Below are positions 1 through 11,282 of a DNA stretch of 64,000 nt, one piece after another. The notes below the pieces were generated by a model. The model was given only the letters and a program-made list of their open reading frames with translations, did no database searches and was not told where the DNA came from. The stretch lies in contig CAVYSY010000003.1 of NCBI GenBank assembly GCA_963771175.1, positions 125,225 through 189,224 on the forward strand, written 5' to 3'. How positions within the stretch are numbered: the stretch's first letter is position 1; the number at the start of each line of letters is the position of its first letter. The position numbers and the translations under genes were made by a program. Source of the DNA: an uncultured delta proteobacterium. Lineage in GTDB: Bacteria > Myxococcota > Myxococcia > Myxococcales > Myxococcaceae.

Positions 1-917
1 GCCGCGACCCGGCCGAACAGACCACCGGGCCGGACGAGCAGCACGAGGATGAGGAAGCCGAAGGCCACCGCGTCACGCCAGGTGCTCGCGGCGTAGCCCA
101 CCACGAACTCCTCCACCAGGCCCAGCAGCAGCCCGCCCACCATGGCCCCCGGCACGTTGCCGATGCCGCCGATGACGGCCGCCACGAAGGCCTTCAGGCC
201 CACGTACATGCCCATCAGCGGGCTCACCGAGGTGTCCTTGATGGCGTACAGCAGGCCCGCGCCCGCGGCCAGCGCGCTGCCGAGCATGAAGGTCAGCGAG
301 ATGACCCGGTCCGTGGGGATGCCCATCAGCGCCGCCACTCGGTGGTCGAAGGAGACCGCCCGCATCGCCCGGCCAAAGCGCGTGCGGTACACGAGGTACT
401 GCAGCACCACCATCATCGCCACCGCCACCAGCAGCGAGATGATCTGCCAGTTCCACAGCACCACGTCCGGGAACTCGGGGTCCCCCAGGGTGAACCACTG
501 CGAGGGCTTGATGATTTGAGGGAAGGCCCTCGGCGCCGCGCCCGGCAGGAAGCCGATGTCGAGCTGGAAGCCGTACGAGAGCGTGAACGAGATGCCGATG
601 GCGGTGATGAGCGAGGTGAGCCGGGGCTTCTCGCGCAGGGGCCGGTAGGCGAAGCGCTCGATGAGGAAGCCCATGAGCGCGCAGCCCCCCATGGCCACCA
701 GGAAGATGAGCAGCACGCCCCACATGGAGCTCTGCGCCTGACGGCCGAGCGCGAAGGCCGTCGCGTAGCCCATGTACACGCCCACCATCATCACGTCGCC
801 GTGGGCGAAGTTGATGAGCTTGAGCACGCCGTACACCATCGTGTAGCCGAGCGCGACGAGCGCGTAGATGGTGCCCGCGGCAATGCCGTTGATGAGATGC
901 TGGAGGAGTTCGGCCAT
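1..917 (-). CDS. livH: Branched-chain amino acid ABC transporter permease (3' end runs off window)
   Basis: Manual translation from ATG at 917: MAELLQHLINGIAAGTIYALVALGYTMVYGVLKLINFAHGD, the LivH signature; start overlaps the stop of the upstream binding-protein gene. Confidence 0.93.
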   Translation of the reverse strand, partial: MAELLQHLINGIAAGTIYALVALGYTMVYGVLKLINFAHGDVMMVGVYMGYATAFALGRQAQSSMWGVLLIFLVAMGGCALMGFLIERFAYRPLREKPRLTSLITAIGISFTLSYGFQLDIGFLPGAAPRAFPQIIKPSQWFTLGDPEFPDVVLWNWQIISLLVAVAMMVVLQYLVYRTRFGRAMRAVSFDHRVAALMGIPTDRVISLTFMLGSALAAGAGLLYAIKDTSVSPLMGMYVGLKAFVAAVIGGIGNVPGAMVGGLLLGLVEEFVVGYAASTWRDAVAFGFLILVLLVRPGGLFGRVA

Positions 918-2122
918 TACGGGTTGATGGTGGTGACGAACTCGGTCTTGCCGTCGCCGACCTTGAGGATGACCGCCGACTTCACGGCGTTGCGGTTCTC
1001 GTCCAGCGACACCGTGCCGGCCACGCCCGGGAAGTCCTTCGTCTGGGCGATGGCGTCACGGATGGCGGGGCCGCTCAGATCCTTGGCCTTCTCGATGGCC
1101 GCGATGGCCACCCTGGCCGCGTCGTAGCCGAGCGCCGCCAGGGCGTCCGGCACGCCGCCGTAGGCCGCCTTGTAGTCCGCGATGAACTTCTGCGTCTTCG
1201 GGTCCGGGTTCTCCGGCGAGTAGTGGTTCGAGAAGTAGCTGCCATCCAGCGCGTTGCCGGCCAGCTCGAAGAGCTTCTCCGAGTCCCAGCCATCGCCGCC
1301 CATCAGCGGCACCCTCAGGCCCAGCTCGTGCGCCTGGCGGGCGATGACGCCCACGTCGCTGTAGTAGCCCGGCACGTAGATGGCCTGCGGCTTCGTCTTC
1401 TTGATGGCGGTGAGCTGCGCGCGGAAGTCGGTGTCGCCCTGCGAGTAGCTCTCCGTGGTCGTCACCTTGCCGCCCATCTCCGCGAACGTGCGCTGGAACA
1501 CCTCGGTGAGGCCGATGGAGTAGGCGCTCTTGTTGTCCTGGAGGACGGCCACCTGGTCCGCCTTCAGGTTCTCACGGGCGAAGCGCGCCATCACCGCGCC
1601 CTGGAAGGGGTCGATGAAGCAGACACGGAAGATGTAGTCCCCCTTCTCCGTCACCTTGGGGTTGGTGGACGAGGGGCTGATCATCGGCACCCCGGCCGCC
1701 TGGGCCTTCTCGGCCATGGCCAGGGAGTTGGACGAGGCCACCTCGCCGAGGATGAGCACCACCTTGTCCTGGGTAATCAGCCGGGTGACGGCCTGGGCGG
1801 CCTCCTCGGGCTTGCCCTGGTCGTCATAGACGCGCACCGCCAGCTTCTTGCCCTTCACCCCACCGGCGGCGTTGGCCTCCTTGATGGCCAGCTCGATGCC
1901 GTTGCGGGTGGAGACGCCGAAGGTGGCCTGGGCGCCGGTGAGGCTGCCCACCTCGCCGAGCAGGATGGTGTCCGCCCCTCCGGGCGCGCCCCCGGTCGTC
2001 GCGGGCTTGGCTACCTGATCGCCCGGCCCCCCCTCACCGGAGGGAGCGGGTTGCGTCTTCTTCTCGCAGGCCGCCGCGAACAGGGCGAACGAGGCGAGCA
2101 GCATCGGGACGAAACGGCGCAT
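917..2122 (-). CDS. livK: Branched-chain amino acid ABC transporter substrate-binding lipoprotein (LivK/LivJ family)
   Basis: ORF 917..2149; lipobox FAAAC; GSLTG, DDQGKPEEA and ALGYDA motifs; GGAGG upstream of ATG 2122. Confidence 0.9.
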   Translation of the reverse strand: MRRFVPMLLASFALFAAACEKKTQPAPSGEGGPGDQVAKPATTGGAPGGADTILLGEVGSLTGAQATFGVSTRNGIELAIKEANAAGGVKGKKLAVRVYDDQGKPEEAAQAVTRLITQDKVVLILGEVASSNSLAMAEKAQAAGVPMISPSSTNPKVTEKGDYIFRVCFIDPFQGAVMARFARENLKADQVAVLQDNKSAYSIGLTEVFQRTFAEMGGKVTTTESYSQGDTDFRAQLTAIKKTKPQAIYVPGYYSDVGVIARQAHELGLRVPLMGGDGWDSEKLFELAGNALDGSYFSNHYSPENPDPKTQKFIADYKAAYGGVPDALAALGYDAARVAIAAIEKAKDLSGPAIRDAIAQTKDFPGVAGTVSLDENRNAVKSAVILKVGDGKTEFVTTINP

Positions 2123-2389
2123 GCGGGGCATCCTCCGGGGTAGGGCCACGTCAAAAGCCCCGGTTTTCTATGGGGACCAGACAGAGGGGTCAAGCTCGCA
2201 ACACCTCGCCAGCCGGCTCCCCCATGGCTTTTTCTACCCCCAGTCCCTGGCGGCAGGGCCCTCGCCGGCCCTCTGGGAGGGCCGCCAGTCCGGCGAGCCA
2301 TTCTCGTGCCCACTCCCTGGAGGGTGCCCTCCCGCCTCCTCGGCTCCCACCTTAGAGGCAAGAACAGCATCCCCCGCGAGGAGGCGGAC

Positions 2390-3094
2390 ATGTACCAGCG
2401 CAACGACATCAAGGAAGGCATGACGGTCCGCAGCGTCGACGGCCACAAGCTCGGCAAGGTGTACGCCGTCGGCGAGACGGAGTTCCACATCGAGAAGGGC
2501 CTCTTCTTCCCCAAGGACTACGCCGTCCGGTACGCGGAGATCAGCGAGCTGCGCAACGGGGAGATCATCCTGGCCCACGGCAAGGACAGCCTGCTGATCT
2601 CCTCGAACGAGGTGCCCTATGGCTCCGACAGCATCGCCACCCGCGAGGGCATCGGCACCAGCCCGGTCACCCGCGCGGCGGCCAGCGCGGAGTTCGCCGC
2701 GGGCGAGCGCACGGGACTGCCCTTCGGCGCGCGCCCCGAGAACCTGCGCACGCAGGACCTGGGCAACCAGGAGATAGGTCCGTACAACACGGAAGGCGCC
2801 CGGGCCAGCCCCATCCTCACCGAGGAGGACCGGGGCATGGACATCCCCATCCGCCAGGAGCGCACGACGCGCCGCGACGTGACGGAGCGGCCCACGATGA
2901 GCGCCACCACCTACGAGGAGACGACGGTGGTGACACCCGTCAGCGCCGAGGAGCTGGAGGCCCGCAGGCGCACGATGACGGACGAGGAGCTCGAGAACGA
3001 GCGCCGCCGCGTGGCGGATGCCCGGAGCGACGACCTGGGCGGCCCGCGAAAGATCGGCATCGACCCGGAAGACTTCAGCAAGCGCGGCTTCTAG
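2390..3094 (+). CDS. Hypothetical protein with N-terminal DUF2171/PRC-barrel-like domain and acidic tail
   Basis: GAGGAGG RBS before ATG 2390; IKEGMTVRSVDGHKLGKV...FHIEKGLFFPKDY resembles PRC-like/YsnF-associated N-domains. Confidence 0.65.
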   Translation: MYQRNDIKEGMTVRSVDGHKLGKVYAVGETEFHIEKGLFFPKDYAVRYAEISELRNGEIILAHGKDSLLISSNEVPYGSDSIATREGIGTSPVTRAAASAEFAAGERTGLPFGARPENLRTQDLGNQEIGPYNTEGARASPILTEEDRGMDIPIRQERTTRRDVTERPTMSATTYEETTVVTPVSAEELEARRRTMTDEELENERRRVADARSDDLGGPRKIGIDPEDFSKRGF

Positions 3095-4599
3095 CCCTTC
3101 GCGCTCCCCGGCTTGGCGGCGGGGCGCAGCCGCGTCGGCTCGGAGGGGACACTGTCCCGGCTGCCTGAGAGATGGACGCGCTCCAGGCGCTCGAAGCCCC
3201 GCAGGCGCTCGGGGAAATGTGTCGTCACGAGCCGTCCCACCTCGACCTCGCGCGCCGGGGGGCAGGCCTCCACCAGTGCCTCCGCCATTTGGAGCGCGCT
3301 GGCGAAGCGGCCCTCCGGCTTCTTCGCGAGCGCCACCTCCAGCACCTCCCACAGCGACATCGGGATGCTGCTCGGCCGGGCCAACCGGTCGTCGCAGATG
3401 GCGTGCATGGACTCCAGCTCGTTCCCGCGGTCGAACGCGCGCACGCCCGTGAGTGCCTCGAAGAGGATGAGGCCCACGGCGAAGAGGTCGCTGCGCGAAT
3501 CCAGGCGGTGGCCCCGCGCCTGCTCCGGGGACATGAAGAGGGGCTTGCCCTTCACGATGCCCGGCAACGTCACCGTGCGCTGGGCCCGCGCCTTCGCCAC
3601 GCCGAAGTCCAGCACCTTCACCCGGCCATCGAAGCCCACCATCAGGTTGTGCGGCGACAAGTCCCGGTGCACGAGATGCAGCGGCACCCCGTCCTCGCCC
3701 CGCGCCTGGTGGGCCGCGTGCAGTCCGTGGAGCGCCTGCACCACGACGCCCACCGTGAAGGCCGGCGTGGGCCGCGTGGTCTTCAGCAGCCGATCGAAGT
3801 CCACCCCGCGCACCAGCTCCATCACCAGGTAGTACGCCCCCTGCGCCTCGCCGAAGTCGTAGAAGGTGACGAGGTTGGGGTGAGACAGCCGCAGGCCGAT
3901 GCGCGCCTCGTCCAGGAACTGCTTCACGATGTCCGGGTCCGAGGCGAGGTGCGGCAGAATCCGCTTGAGCGCCACCAGCCGTCCGAGTCCCTCGGGGCCT
4001 CGCGTGCGCGCCACCAGCACCTGCGCCATGCCCCCCGTGCCCAGCGGCGTCACCAGCTCGTAGCGACCGATGCGACCCCGCGTCTCCAGGTCGTCGCCCG
4101 TGGACAGCTCGTCCAGGCGCTCCAGCACGTTGCGGTTCTCGGAGAGCGCGAGGAAGGCCACCACCGCGTTGTCGAGCTGCTCTCCGATGCCATCCACCAG
4201 CTTCATCACGAGCCGGCCGCCGTCGTCGAAGTTCCCCTCCACCACCAGCCCCAGGGTGCCCAGCTCCAGCTTGCCGAGCGCCAGCGGGCTACAGAAGATC
4301 ATCCGCCCATCGGGCAGGCGCCGGGGGCCCTTCCAGCTCGCGGCGTCGAAGACATCCACGCCGAGCTGACCCAGCACCCGGGTGAGCACCGGGCCCTGCG
4401 TCCCCCGCAGGGAGACGAAGCCCGCGGAGGCATGCACCAGCCGCGCGCACTGGGTGAGGAAGACATCCACCGCCGCGTCGAGGCTCAACCCCCGCTCCAG
4501 GCAGTCTTCGAGGATGTCATCCGCCATGCGCACCACGGCGGTCAGGCCGCGCAGAAACGCGACCTCGGCTTCGAGCGAGGGGAATTCCACGGTGCGCAT
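3091..4599 (-). CDS. Hanks-type Ser/Thr protein kinase with N-terminal GAF-like region
   Basis: LGTGGMAQV, VALKRI, HRDLSPHN, DFG, GKPLFMSPEQ, SDLFAVG; no transmembrane segment. Confidence 0.93.
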   Translation of the reverse strand: MRTVEFPSLEAEVAFLRGLTAVVRMADDILEDCLERGLSLDAAVDVFLTQCARLVHASAGFVSLRGTQGPVLTRVLGQLGVDVFDAASWKGPRRLPDGRMIFCSPLALGKLELGTLGLVVEGNFDDGGRLVMKLVDGIGEQLDNAVVAFLALSENRNVLERLDELSTGDDLETRGRIGRYELVTPLGTGGMAQVLVARTRGPEGLGRLVALKRILPHLASDPDIVKQFLDEARIGLRLSHPNLVTFYDFGEAQGAYYLVMELVRGVDFDRLLKTTRPTPAFTVGVVVQALHGLHAAHQARGEDGVPLHLVHRDLSPHNLMVGFDGRVKVLDFGVAKARAQRTVTLPGIVKGKPLFMSPEQARGHRLDSRSDLFAVGLILFEALTGVRAFDRGNELESMHAICDDRLARPSSIPMSLWEVLEVALAKKPEGRFASALQMAEALVEACPPAREVEVGRLVTTHFPERLRGFERLERVHLSGSRDSVPSEPTRLRPAAKPGSAKG

Positions 4600-4647
4600 T
4601 GAACACCGGGAAGGCGGGCCCCGGGAAGGGGGCCCGCGCGAGCTCCC

Positions 4648-6480
4648 TCAGGAGCCGGACTTCGACTGGTCCGCGTAGAGGGCGTCCGCGATGCGGTAGG
4701 CGCTCGCCTCCGCCCGCTGGTACGCATCCTTGATGGCGGCGACGTCCGTGCCCGTCAGCAGCTCCTTGAGGTGCTCCAGGTCCGCTTTGATGTCGCTGCG
4801 GTCCTTCTCCTGGAGGACGTTGCCGTACTCCTCCAGGCTCTTCTCGGTGGTGTAGATGAGCGAGTCGGCGTTGTTGCGCAGCTCGGCCAGCTCCTTCTTC
4901 ACCTTGTCGTTGGCCTGGTTGGCCTGGGCGTCGGAGATCATCGCCTGGATCTCCGCCTCGGAGAGGCCCGAGTTGCCCACCACGCGCACCTGCTGGACCT
5001 TGCCGGTGCCCAGGTCCTTGGCGCTCACATGGACGATGCCGTTGGCGTCGATGTCGAAGGACACTTCAATCTGCGGCACGCCGCGGGGCGCCGGGGGAAT
5101 GCCCACCAGCTCGAAGCGCGCCAGCGTCTTGTTGTCCGCCGCCATCTCGCGCTCGCCCTGGAGCACGTGCACGGACACGAGCGGCTGGTTGTCCACCGCC
5201 GTGGAGAACACCTGGCTCTTCTTGCAGGGGATGGTGGTGTTCTTGTCGATGATCTTGGTGAAGACGCCGCCGGCCGTCTCCACGCCCAGCGACAGCGGCG
5301 TCACGTCCAGCAGGAGGACGTCCTTCACCTCGCCCTTGAGCACCCCGCCCTGGATGGCCGCGCCCACGGCCACCACTTCGTCCGGGTTGATGCCCTTGTG
5401 GGGCTCCTTGCCGAAGAACTCCTTCACCTTCTGCTGCACCGCCGGCATGCGCGTCATGCCGCCCACCAGGAGCACCTGGTGGATCTGCTGCGCGGTGATG
5501 CCCGCGTCCTTGAGCGCGATGCGGCACGGCTCGATGGAGCGATCCACGAGATCGGCCACCAGCGACTCGAAGGTGCCGCGCTCGATCGTCTCGGTGAGGT
5601 GCTTGGGGCCGGTGGCGTCCGCGGTGATGAAGGGGAGGTTCACCTCCGTCTCCGTCGCGCTGGACAGCTCGTGCTTGGCGCGCTCGGCGGCCTCCTTCAG
5701 GCGCTGCAGCGCCATGCGGTCCTTGCGCAGATCCAACCCGTTGTTCTGCTCGGCGAAGCGCTTGGCCAGGAAGTCGATGAGGCGCTGATCGAAGTCCTCA
5801 CCACCCAGGAAGGTGTCGCCGTTGGTGCTCTTGACCTCGAAGACGCCCGAGTTGAGCTCCAGGATGGAGATATCGAACGTGCCACCGCCCAGGTCGTAGA
5901 CGGCGATGCGCTCGGCGCCGATGTCGCGCACCTTGTCCAGGCCGTAGGCGAGCGCCGCGGCCGTGGGCTCGTTGATGATGCGCAGCACGTTGAGGCCGGC
6001 GATGCGGCCCGCGTCCTTGGTGGCCTGTCGCTGGCTGTCGTTGAAGTAGGCGGGGACGGTGATGACCGCCTCGGTGACGGGCTCGCCGAGGTAGTCCTCC
6101 GCCGTCTGCTTCATCTTCATCAGCACGATGGCGCTGATCTCCGGCGGGCTGTAGCCCTTGCCGCGAATCTCCACCCAGGCATCGCCGTTGGGGCTCGGCA
6201 CCACCCGGAAGGGGCTGACGCTGATGGCCTTGCGGGCCTCGGCCGAGTCGTACTTGCGGCCGATCATCCGCTTGACGGCGAAGACCGTGTTCTCCGGGTT
6301 GGTGATGGCCTGCCGCTTGGCGATCTGCCCCACCAGCCGCTCACCGGACTCGGTGAAGCCCACCATGGAGGGCGTGGTCCGGCTGCCCTCGCTGTTGGGG
6401 ATGACCACCGGCTCGCCACCTTCCATGACGGCGACGCACGAGTTGGTTGTCCCCAGGTCGATTCCAATCACCTTGCCCAT
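4648..6480 (-). CDS. dnaK: Molecular chaperone DnaK (probable SglK orthologue)
   Basis: [32 protein letters not shown]; intact 610 aa ORF. Confidence 0.98.
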   Translation of the reverse strand: MGKVIGIDLGTTNSCVAVMEGGEPVVIPNSEGSRTTPSMVGFTESGERLVGQIAKRQAITNPENTVFAVKRMIGRKYDSAEARKAISVSPFRVVPSPNGDAWVEIRGKGYSPPEISAIVLMKMKQTAEDYLGEPVTEAVITVPAYFNDSQRQATKDAGRIAGLNVLRIINEPTAAALAYGLDKVRDIGAERIAVYDLGGGTFDISILELNSGVFEVKSTNGDTFLGGEDFDQRLIDFLAKRFAEQNNGLDLRKDRMALQRLKEAAERAKHELSSATETEVNLPFITADATGPKHLTETIERGTFESLVADLVDRSIEPCRIALKDAGITAQQIHQVLLVGGMTRMPAVQQKVKEFFGKEPHKGINPDEVVAVGAAIQGGVLKGEVKDVLLLDVTPLSLGVETAGGVFTKIIDKNTTIPCKKSQVFSTAVDNQPLVSVHVLQGEREMAADNKTLARFELVGIPPAPRGVPQIEVSFDIDANGIVHVSAKDLGTGKVQQVRVVGNSGLSEAEIQAMISDAQANQANDKVKKELAELRNNADSLIYTTEKSLEEYGNVLQEKDRSDIKADLEHLKELLTGTDVAAIKDAYQRAEASAYRIADALYADQSKSGS

Positions 6481-6486
6481 GACGTC

Positions 6487-7407
6487 TTACTGGCTCCCTG
6501 CGGGAGTGGTGGTTCCGGTCTGCGAGGTGGCGGTGTCCCCCCCCGTGGGCTCACCGCCTGGCGTGTTGCCTGAACTGGACTCGGGCGCGGGCGGCTGCTC
6601 CGTCGGCGCACGCGCCACCACGACGAGCGCGGGGCGCATGAGCCGCTCATTGAGCATGTAGCCGCGCACGGCCTCGTAGAGGACATGGCCCGCGGGCACC
6701 GCGGCGCTCTCTACCTGCTGCATGGCCTCGTGGAGGCGTGGATCGAACGGCTGGCCGGCGGCGGAGAAGCTCTTCACGCCGTGCTTGCCGAACGCGTTGT
6801 CGAAGAGCTTGCGCGTCATCTCGACGCCGGTGCGGAAGCTGTCGAGGTCGGTGGACTTCTGGGCCGCATCCAGCGCGCGGTCCAGGTTGTCCACCACCGG
6901 GAGGAAGTCCTTGAGGAGGCGCTCGGAGCCGAACTTCTGGACCTCCTCCTTCTCCTTCTGGGCGCGCTTCTTGTAGTTCTCCAGGTCGGCCGCGGCGCGC
7001 AGGGCCCGCTCGTGGCTGTCCTTGAGGCGCTCCATCATCTCGCGGCCCTTGGACTGGCTGAGCTCGAGCTGCTGGCGCGTCTCCTCCAGCTCGCGACGGG
7101 CCTGCTCGAGCTGCTGGCGCGTCTCCTCCAGCTCGCGGCGGGACTCGTCCAGGGAGGCCTCCAGCGCGCCGGTGTCGGCGGAGGGCTCGGCCCCGGGCTC
7201 CTCGAAGCCACCCTCGGGGATGTCCATCTCCAGGGTCATCCCCCCCTCGGGGAGCTCCACCTCCATCGTCATCCCACCCTCCGGCGCCCCTTCGTCCTGC
7301 ACCGGGGCATGGGTGTGACGCTCGACGCTCTTGAGCGCCTCGTCGATGAGGTCCTGCGAGATGGATGTCTGGAAGCTGCCCTTCGCGTCACGATTCGAGC
7401 CGGCCAC
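6487..7407 (-). CDS. grpE: Nucleotide exchange factor GrpE with extended N-terminus
   Basis: [48 protein letters not shown]; directly upstream of dnaK. Confidence 0.95.
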   Translation of the reverse strand: MAGSNRDAKGSFQTSISQDLIDEALKSVERHTHAPVQDEGAPEGGMTMEVELPEGGMTLEMDIPEGGFEEPGAEPSADTGALEASLDESRRELEETRQQLEQARRELEETRQQLELSQSKGREMMERLKDSHERALRAAADLENYKKRAQKEKEEVQKFGSERLLKDFLPVVDNLDRALDAAQKSTDLDSFRTGVEMTRKLFDNAFGKHGVKSFSAAGQPFDPRLHEAMQQVESAAVPAGHVLYEAVRGYMLNERLMRPALVVVARAPTEQPPAPESSSGNTPGGEPTGGDTATSQTGTTTPAGSQ

Positions 7408-7518
7408 GCGCGCACTATGTCATGGGGCGCGGGTCGATCCAACCGCTTGGGAGCGGCCCAGAGCGGGCGGCCGCCCCCGTATCCTCGCCTGGAGGTTTCC
7501 AGGGCGAATGGAAGATTG

Positions 7519-8028
7519 TCAGGCGGACGGGCGGGCGGGCTTCTTGCGGCCGATGGACTTCTTGGTGCCCGTCTTGGCCGCCGCCTTCTTCGCGGGAGTC
7601 TTGGCGGCGGGAGCCTTGGCGGCCGTCTTCTTGCGGCCGATGGACTTCTGGGAGCCCGCCTTGGCCGCCGCCTTCTTCGCGGGTCGGGGCTCGGACTTCG
7701 GCGCCTCGGCGGCCGGGGCGGCGGTGGGAGGCGTGGCCGGCTCACCCGGAGTCGGGGCTTCCTTGTGGAGGCCCCCGACAGCGTCCTCGATGGACTCTTC
7801 CACCCGACGCGCGGCCGACTCGAGCCGCTCCGCCGCCTGCTTGCCCGTGGCCACCGCCCAGGTGCGCAGGTTCTCGAGGCCCTCCTTCACCTTGGCCTGC
7901 TTGGCGGGGTCCTTCACCTCCACCAGCAGACGCTGCGCCTCGTCCTTGAGCTCCTCACCCGTGCGCTTGAGCTCGTCGCCCGTGCGCTTGAGGAAGTCCA
8001 TCAACTGCTTGTCCCATTTCTCGGCCAT
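7519..8028 (-). CDS. Hypothetical protein: N-terminal coiled coil plus Lys/Ala-rich histone H1-like tail
   Basis: 169 aa ORF; PAKKAAAK...KSIGRKK occurs twice; strong GC3 bias. Confidence 0.75.
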   Translation of the reverse strand: MAEKWDKQLMDFLKRTGDELKRTGEELKDEAQRLLVEVKDPAKQAKVKEGLENLRTWAVATGKQAAERLESAARRVEESIEDAVGGLHKEAPTPGEPATPPTAAPAAEAPKSEPRPAKKAAAKAGSQKSIGRKKTAAKAPAAKTPAKKAAAKTGTKKSIGRKKPARPSA

Positions 8029-8170
8029 CAGTCTGTCTCCGTCACGGGGAGTGCGAGCCGCCTGGCGCGCCAGCCCAGGTTATAGTGAGCACCCAGCCCG
8101 GCGAGCGCAGCACCCACATCAGACTGCACCCCCGTCCGGCGCGCAAAGCAATCTTCACTCGGAGAAACGG

Positions 8171-8846
8171 ATGAGAGCGGTCTTGATTGCCATGGTGACA
8201 CTGCTGGCGGTTCCAGTCCTCGCCCAGGTCCCAGGCCAGAATGTGGGCGGCGGGGAGGTGCAGCCAGCCGCGCAGCTGCGGCCTCCGAACGGCAACCCCG
8301 GCACCCCGGGCTTTCCGAACACCGCGGGTACTCCGGTGGTGGTGGACCGCGACACGCTGATGCAGCAGCTCGCCAGCATCAACGAGAAGCTCGCCACGGC
8401 CACGGGCCGGGCCAAGAAGGACAAGCAGTTGCTGAAGTTGCTGGAGACGGCGCGCGCGGACCTCAAGGAGGTGGGTCGGCAGGTGTCGAACGCCCCACTC
8501 GGCGCGCACGGAGCCCCAGCGTCCCCCGCAGCCCCCGCCTCCGCCGCAGCCGGCGGTGCAGCCCATCACCGAGGCCATGCTGCGCTCGCTGGTGGCGGCC
8601 ATCCGCAACGAGCCCTTCGCGGATGACCAGCTCACCGTGCTGGAGGAGGCCGTGCCCACCCAGTACTTCCTGGTGGCCCAGGCACAGCAGCTCCTCCGCC
8701 TCTTCAGCTTCTCCAGGGACCGACTGAAGGCCATGCGCCTGCTGCGCCCGCGCCTGCTGGACATGGAGAACGGCTACAAGCTGTACGAGTCCTTCGAGTT
8801 CTCCAACGACAAGGACGAGCTCAAGCGCATCCTGGCGGCGCAATAG
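8171..8846 (+). CDS. Secreted DUF4476-like domain protein (one apparent frameshift near 8505-8555)
   Basis: Signal peptide MRAVLIAMVTLLAVPVLA; C-terminal IRNEPFADDQL...FSFSRDRLKA...FEFSNDKDELK pattern in a second frame. Confidence 0.7.
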
Positions 8847-8914
8847 GCCCGCCGACTAGAGTCGGACTCCCGTTCGGGGCTGGAGAAGCCCCCGAGTCCG
8901 GAGCCTGACGCCCT

Positions 8915-11235
8915 ATGTCGCTCTTCCGCCTGCTGGGGACGCTCGCCGTCCTCGTCGTCCTCGGTGCCTGCAACAAGACCTCGCCCCCGGGCAACGTTCC
9001 CCAGCTTCCCGACATCGAGCTGCTGGAGACCACCGAGGGCGCGCCCTATGAGGTGAGCCTCGCCGCCACGGGAGGCACCCCGCCGCTGTACCACTCGCTG
9101 GAGAAGGCGCCGCCCGGCTTCTCCTTCTACACGGGCCCGGGGCTGCTGAAGGGCCCGGCCTCGGCGTCGGGCCAGTACTCCTTCACGATGCAGGTGAAGG
9201 ACGCCACGGGCGCTACGGACACCCGGACGTACCGGCTGCTCGTCCATCCCGCTCCGGTCGTCAGCACCACCGCGCTGCCCACCGCCACGACGGGGACGCA
9301 GTATGGCTTCCAGCTCGCGGCCAACGGGGGCAAGGCGCCCCTGCGCTGGACCCTGGCCACGGGGACGCTGCCCGCGGGCCTCTCGCTGGGCGAGGACGGT
9401 CAGCTCGCGGGCGTGCCGCTCGCAACGGGCACCCAGTCCTTCACGGTGCGCGTGCAGGACGTCCATGGCGCGCAGGCGACGAAGGCGCTCAGCCTGGAGG
9501 TCCGCGCGGGTACGGCGGGCTCGGACGGCGGCACCTCGGACGCGGGCACGAGTGATGGCGGCACCTCGGACGCGGGCACGGGCAGCGCCCTGTCGTTCAG
9601 CGTGGCCAACTGGAACATCGAGTGGTTCGGCGACCCGAACTCCGGGCCCTCGGACGATGCGCTGCAGCTCGACAACGTGCAGGCGGTCATCGCCGATGCC
9701 GGCATGGACTTCTGGGGCCTGGCGGAGCTGGTCGACCGTCACGGAGTTCAATGCGCTGAAGCAGCGGCTGCCCGGCTACGACGGCTTCATGGCCAATGAC
9801 CCGCGCGTCACATCCGGCGCGTCCTACTACTCCGACCACCGAGCAGAAGGTGGGAGTCCTCTTTCGCTCGGACGTGGTCAGCGTGCGGAGCGCGCAGCTC
9901 ATCCTGACCGCGAACAGCTCCGACGTTCGCTGGGCGCCCCCCGCTGCGGGTGGACCTGCGTGTCACGCGCAACGGGACGAGCGTGGACATGGTGGCGATC
10001 GTCCTGCACCTGAAGGCCTTCGCCGACAGGAGCTCCTACGACATCCGCGTGAGCGCGGCGGCGTTGCTCAAGGACTACCTGGACACGCAACTGCCGAACG
10101 AGCGCGTCATCGTGCTCGGCGACTGGAACGACGACGTGGACGTCTCCATCGCCAAGGACTCCACCACCGGCAGCTACCTGCCCACGCCCTTCCAGAACTT
10201 CCTCGACGACACGGTGGACTACACCTTCGTCACCCGGCCCCTGTCGCTCGCGGGCCAGCGGAGCACGGTGAGCAACAGTCAGTTCATCGACCACCAGCTC
10301 CTCAGCACCGAGCTGCTGGCCAGCTACGTGAGCAACTCGACCCAGCTCCTCAAGCCGGTCATCTACCAACTACGGCACCACCACCTCGGACCACTACCCG
10401 GTGCTCAGCCGCTTCCAGTTCGGCTCGGGGAGTCCGTCGCCGCACCGACGCTGCGGCTCCTCTCTCCCAATGGAGGAGAGCAGCTCTCGGGGAGCACCGT
10501 GCAGTACATCACCTGGACGGCGGATGGCGTCAGCAACGTGAGGCTGGAGTATTCGACGGACGATGGCGCGACCTGGCAGCACCTGGTCGGCGAACTTCCC
10601 GGCCGCGCTCGGGCAGTACACGTGGACCGTGCCCCCGACTATGACCACCCAGGCGCGCATCCGGGTGAGCGATGACTCGGCGCCGAGCGTCGCCGACGAC
10701 AGCGACTCGATGTTCGAGGTGGTGAGGCCACCGGTGTTCATCAACGAGTACATGCCCCACGAGCCCGCGCTCCCCGATGGAGGCCGGGACTACGACTCAG
10801 CAGTTCGTGGAGGTGGTGAACGGCGCCACGGAGATGGTGAACCTCGACGGCTGGATGGTGAACGACACCAGCGGCTACAACAACGTCCAGAGCGGCTCCG
10901 GGCCGGCCCGACACGTCTTCTCGAATACATGGCTCGCGCCGGGGAGCGCCGTCGTCATCTTCTCGGGAGCCTCGGCCATCCCCGCGGAAGGAATGAACGC
11001 GGTGCCGGCCACCAGTGGTGGGCTCTACTTCAACAAGACCGATGAGCGCGTCTACCTCCAGGACAACCTGAAGCAGACAGTGGACGAGACCTTCTATTCG
11101 TCCGCCACCGAGGCCGTCTCGTACAACCGCGACCCGGATGGCGCTCGCGATGGAGGCTTCGTGCTGCACACCACGCACAATCCAGCGCTCGGCTCCTCGC
11201 CCGGTCGGCGGGTGGATGGGGGCATCTTCTTCTAG
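8915..11235 (+). CDS. Lipoprotein with putative Ig repeats, endonuclease/exonuclease/phosphatase (EEP) domain and C-terminal lamin-tail-like domain (several frameshifts)
   Basis: Lipobox VLGAC; TGGTPP and GTLPAGLSL Ig repeats; EEP motifs ANWNIEW, LHLKA, LGDWN, IDH, SDHYPV; VFINEY...QFVEVVN...LDGW LTD-like; pieces in ORFs 8915, 9303, 9950, 10563 and 10777. Confidence 0.8.
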
Positions 11236-11282
11236 GCTCGTGCCCGACCCGGCGGCGGTGGCTTTCCCCGGGTGACCGTCAT

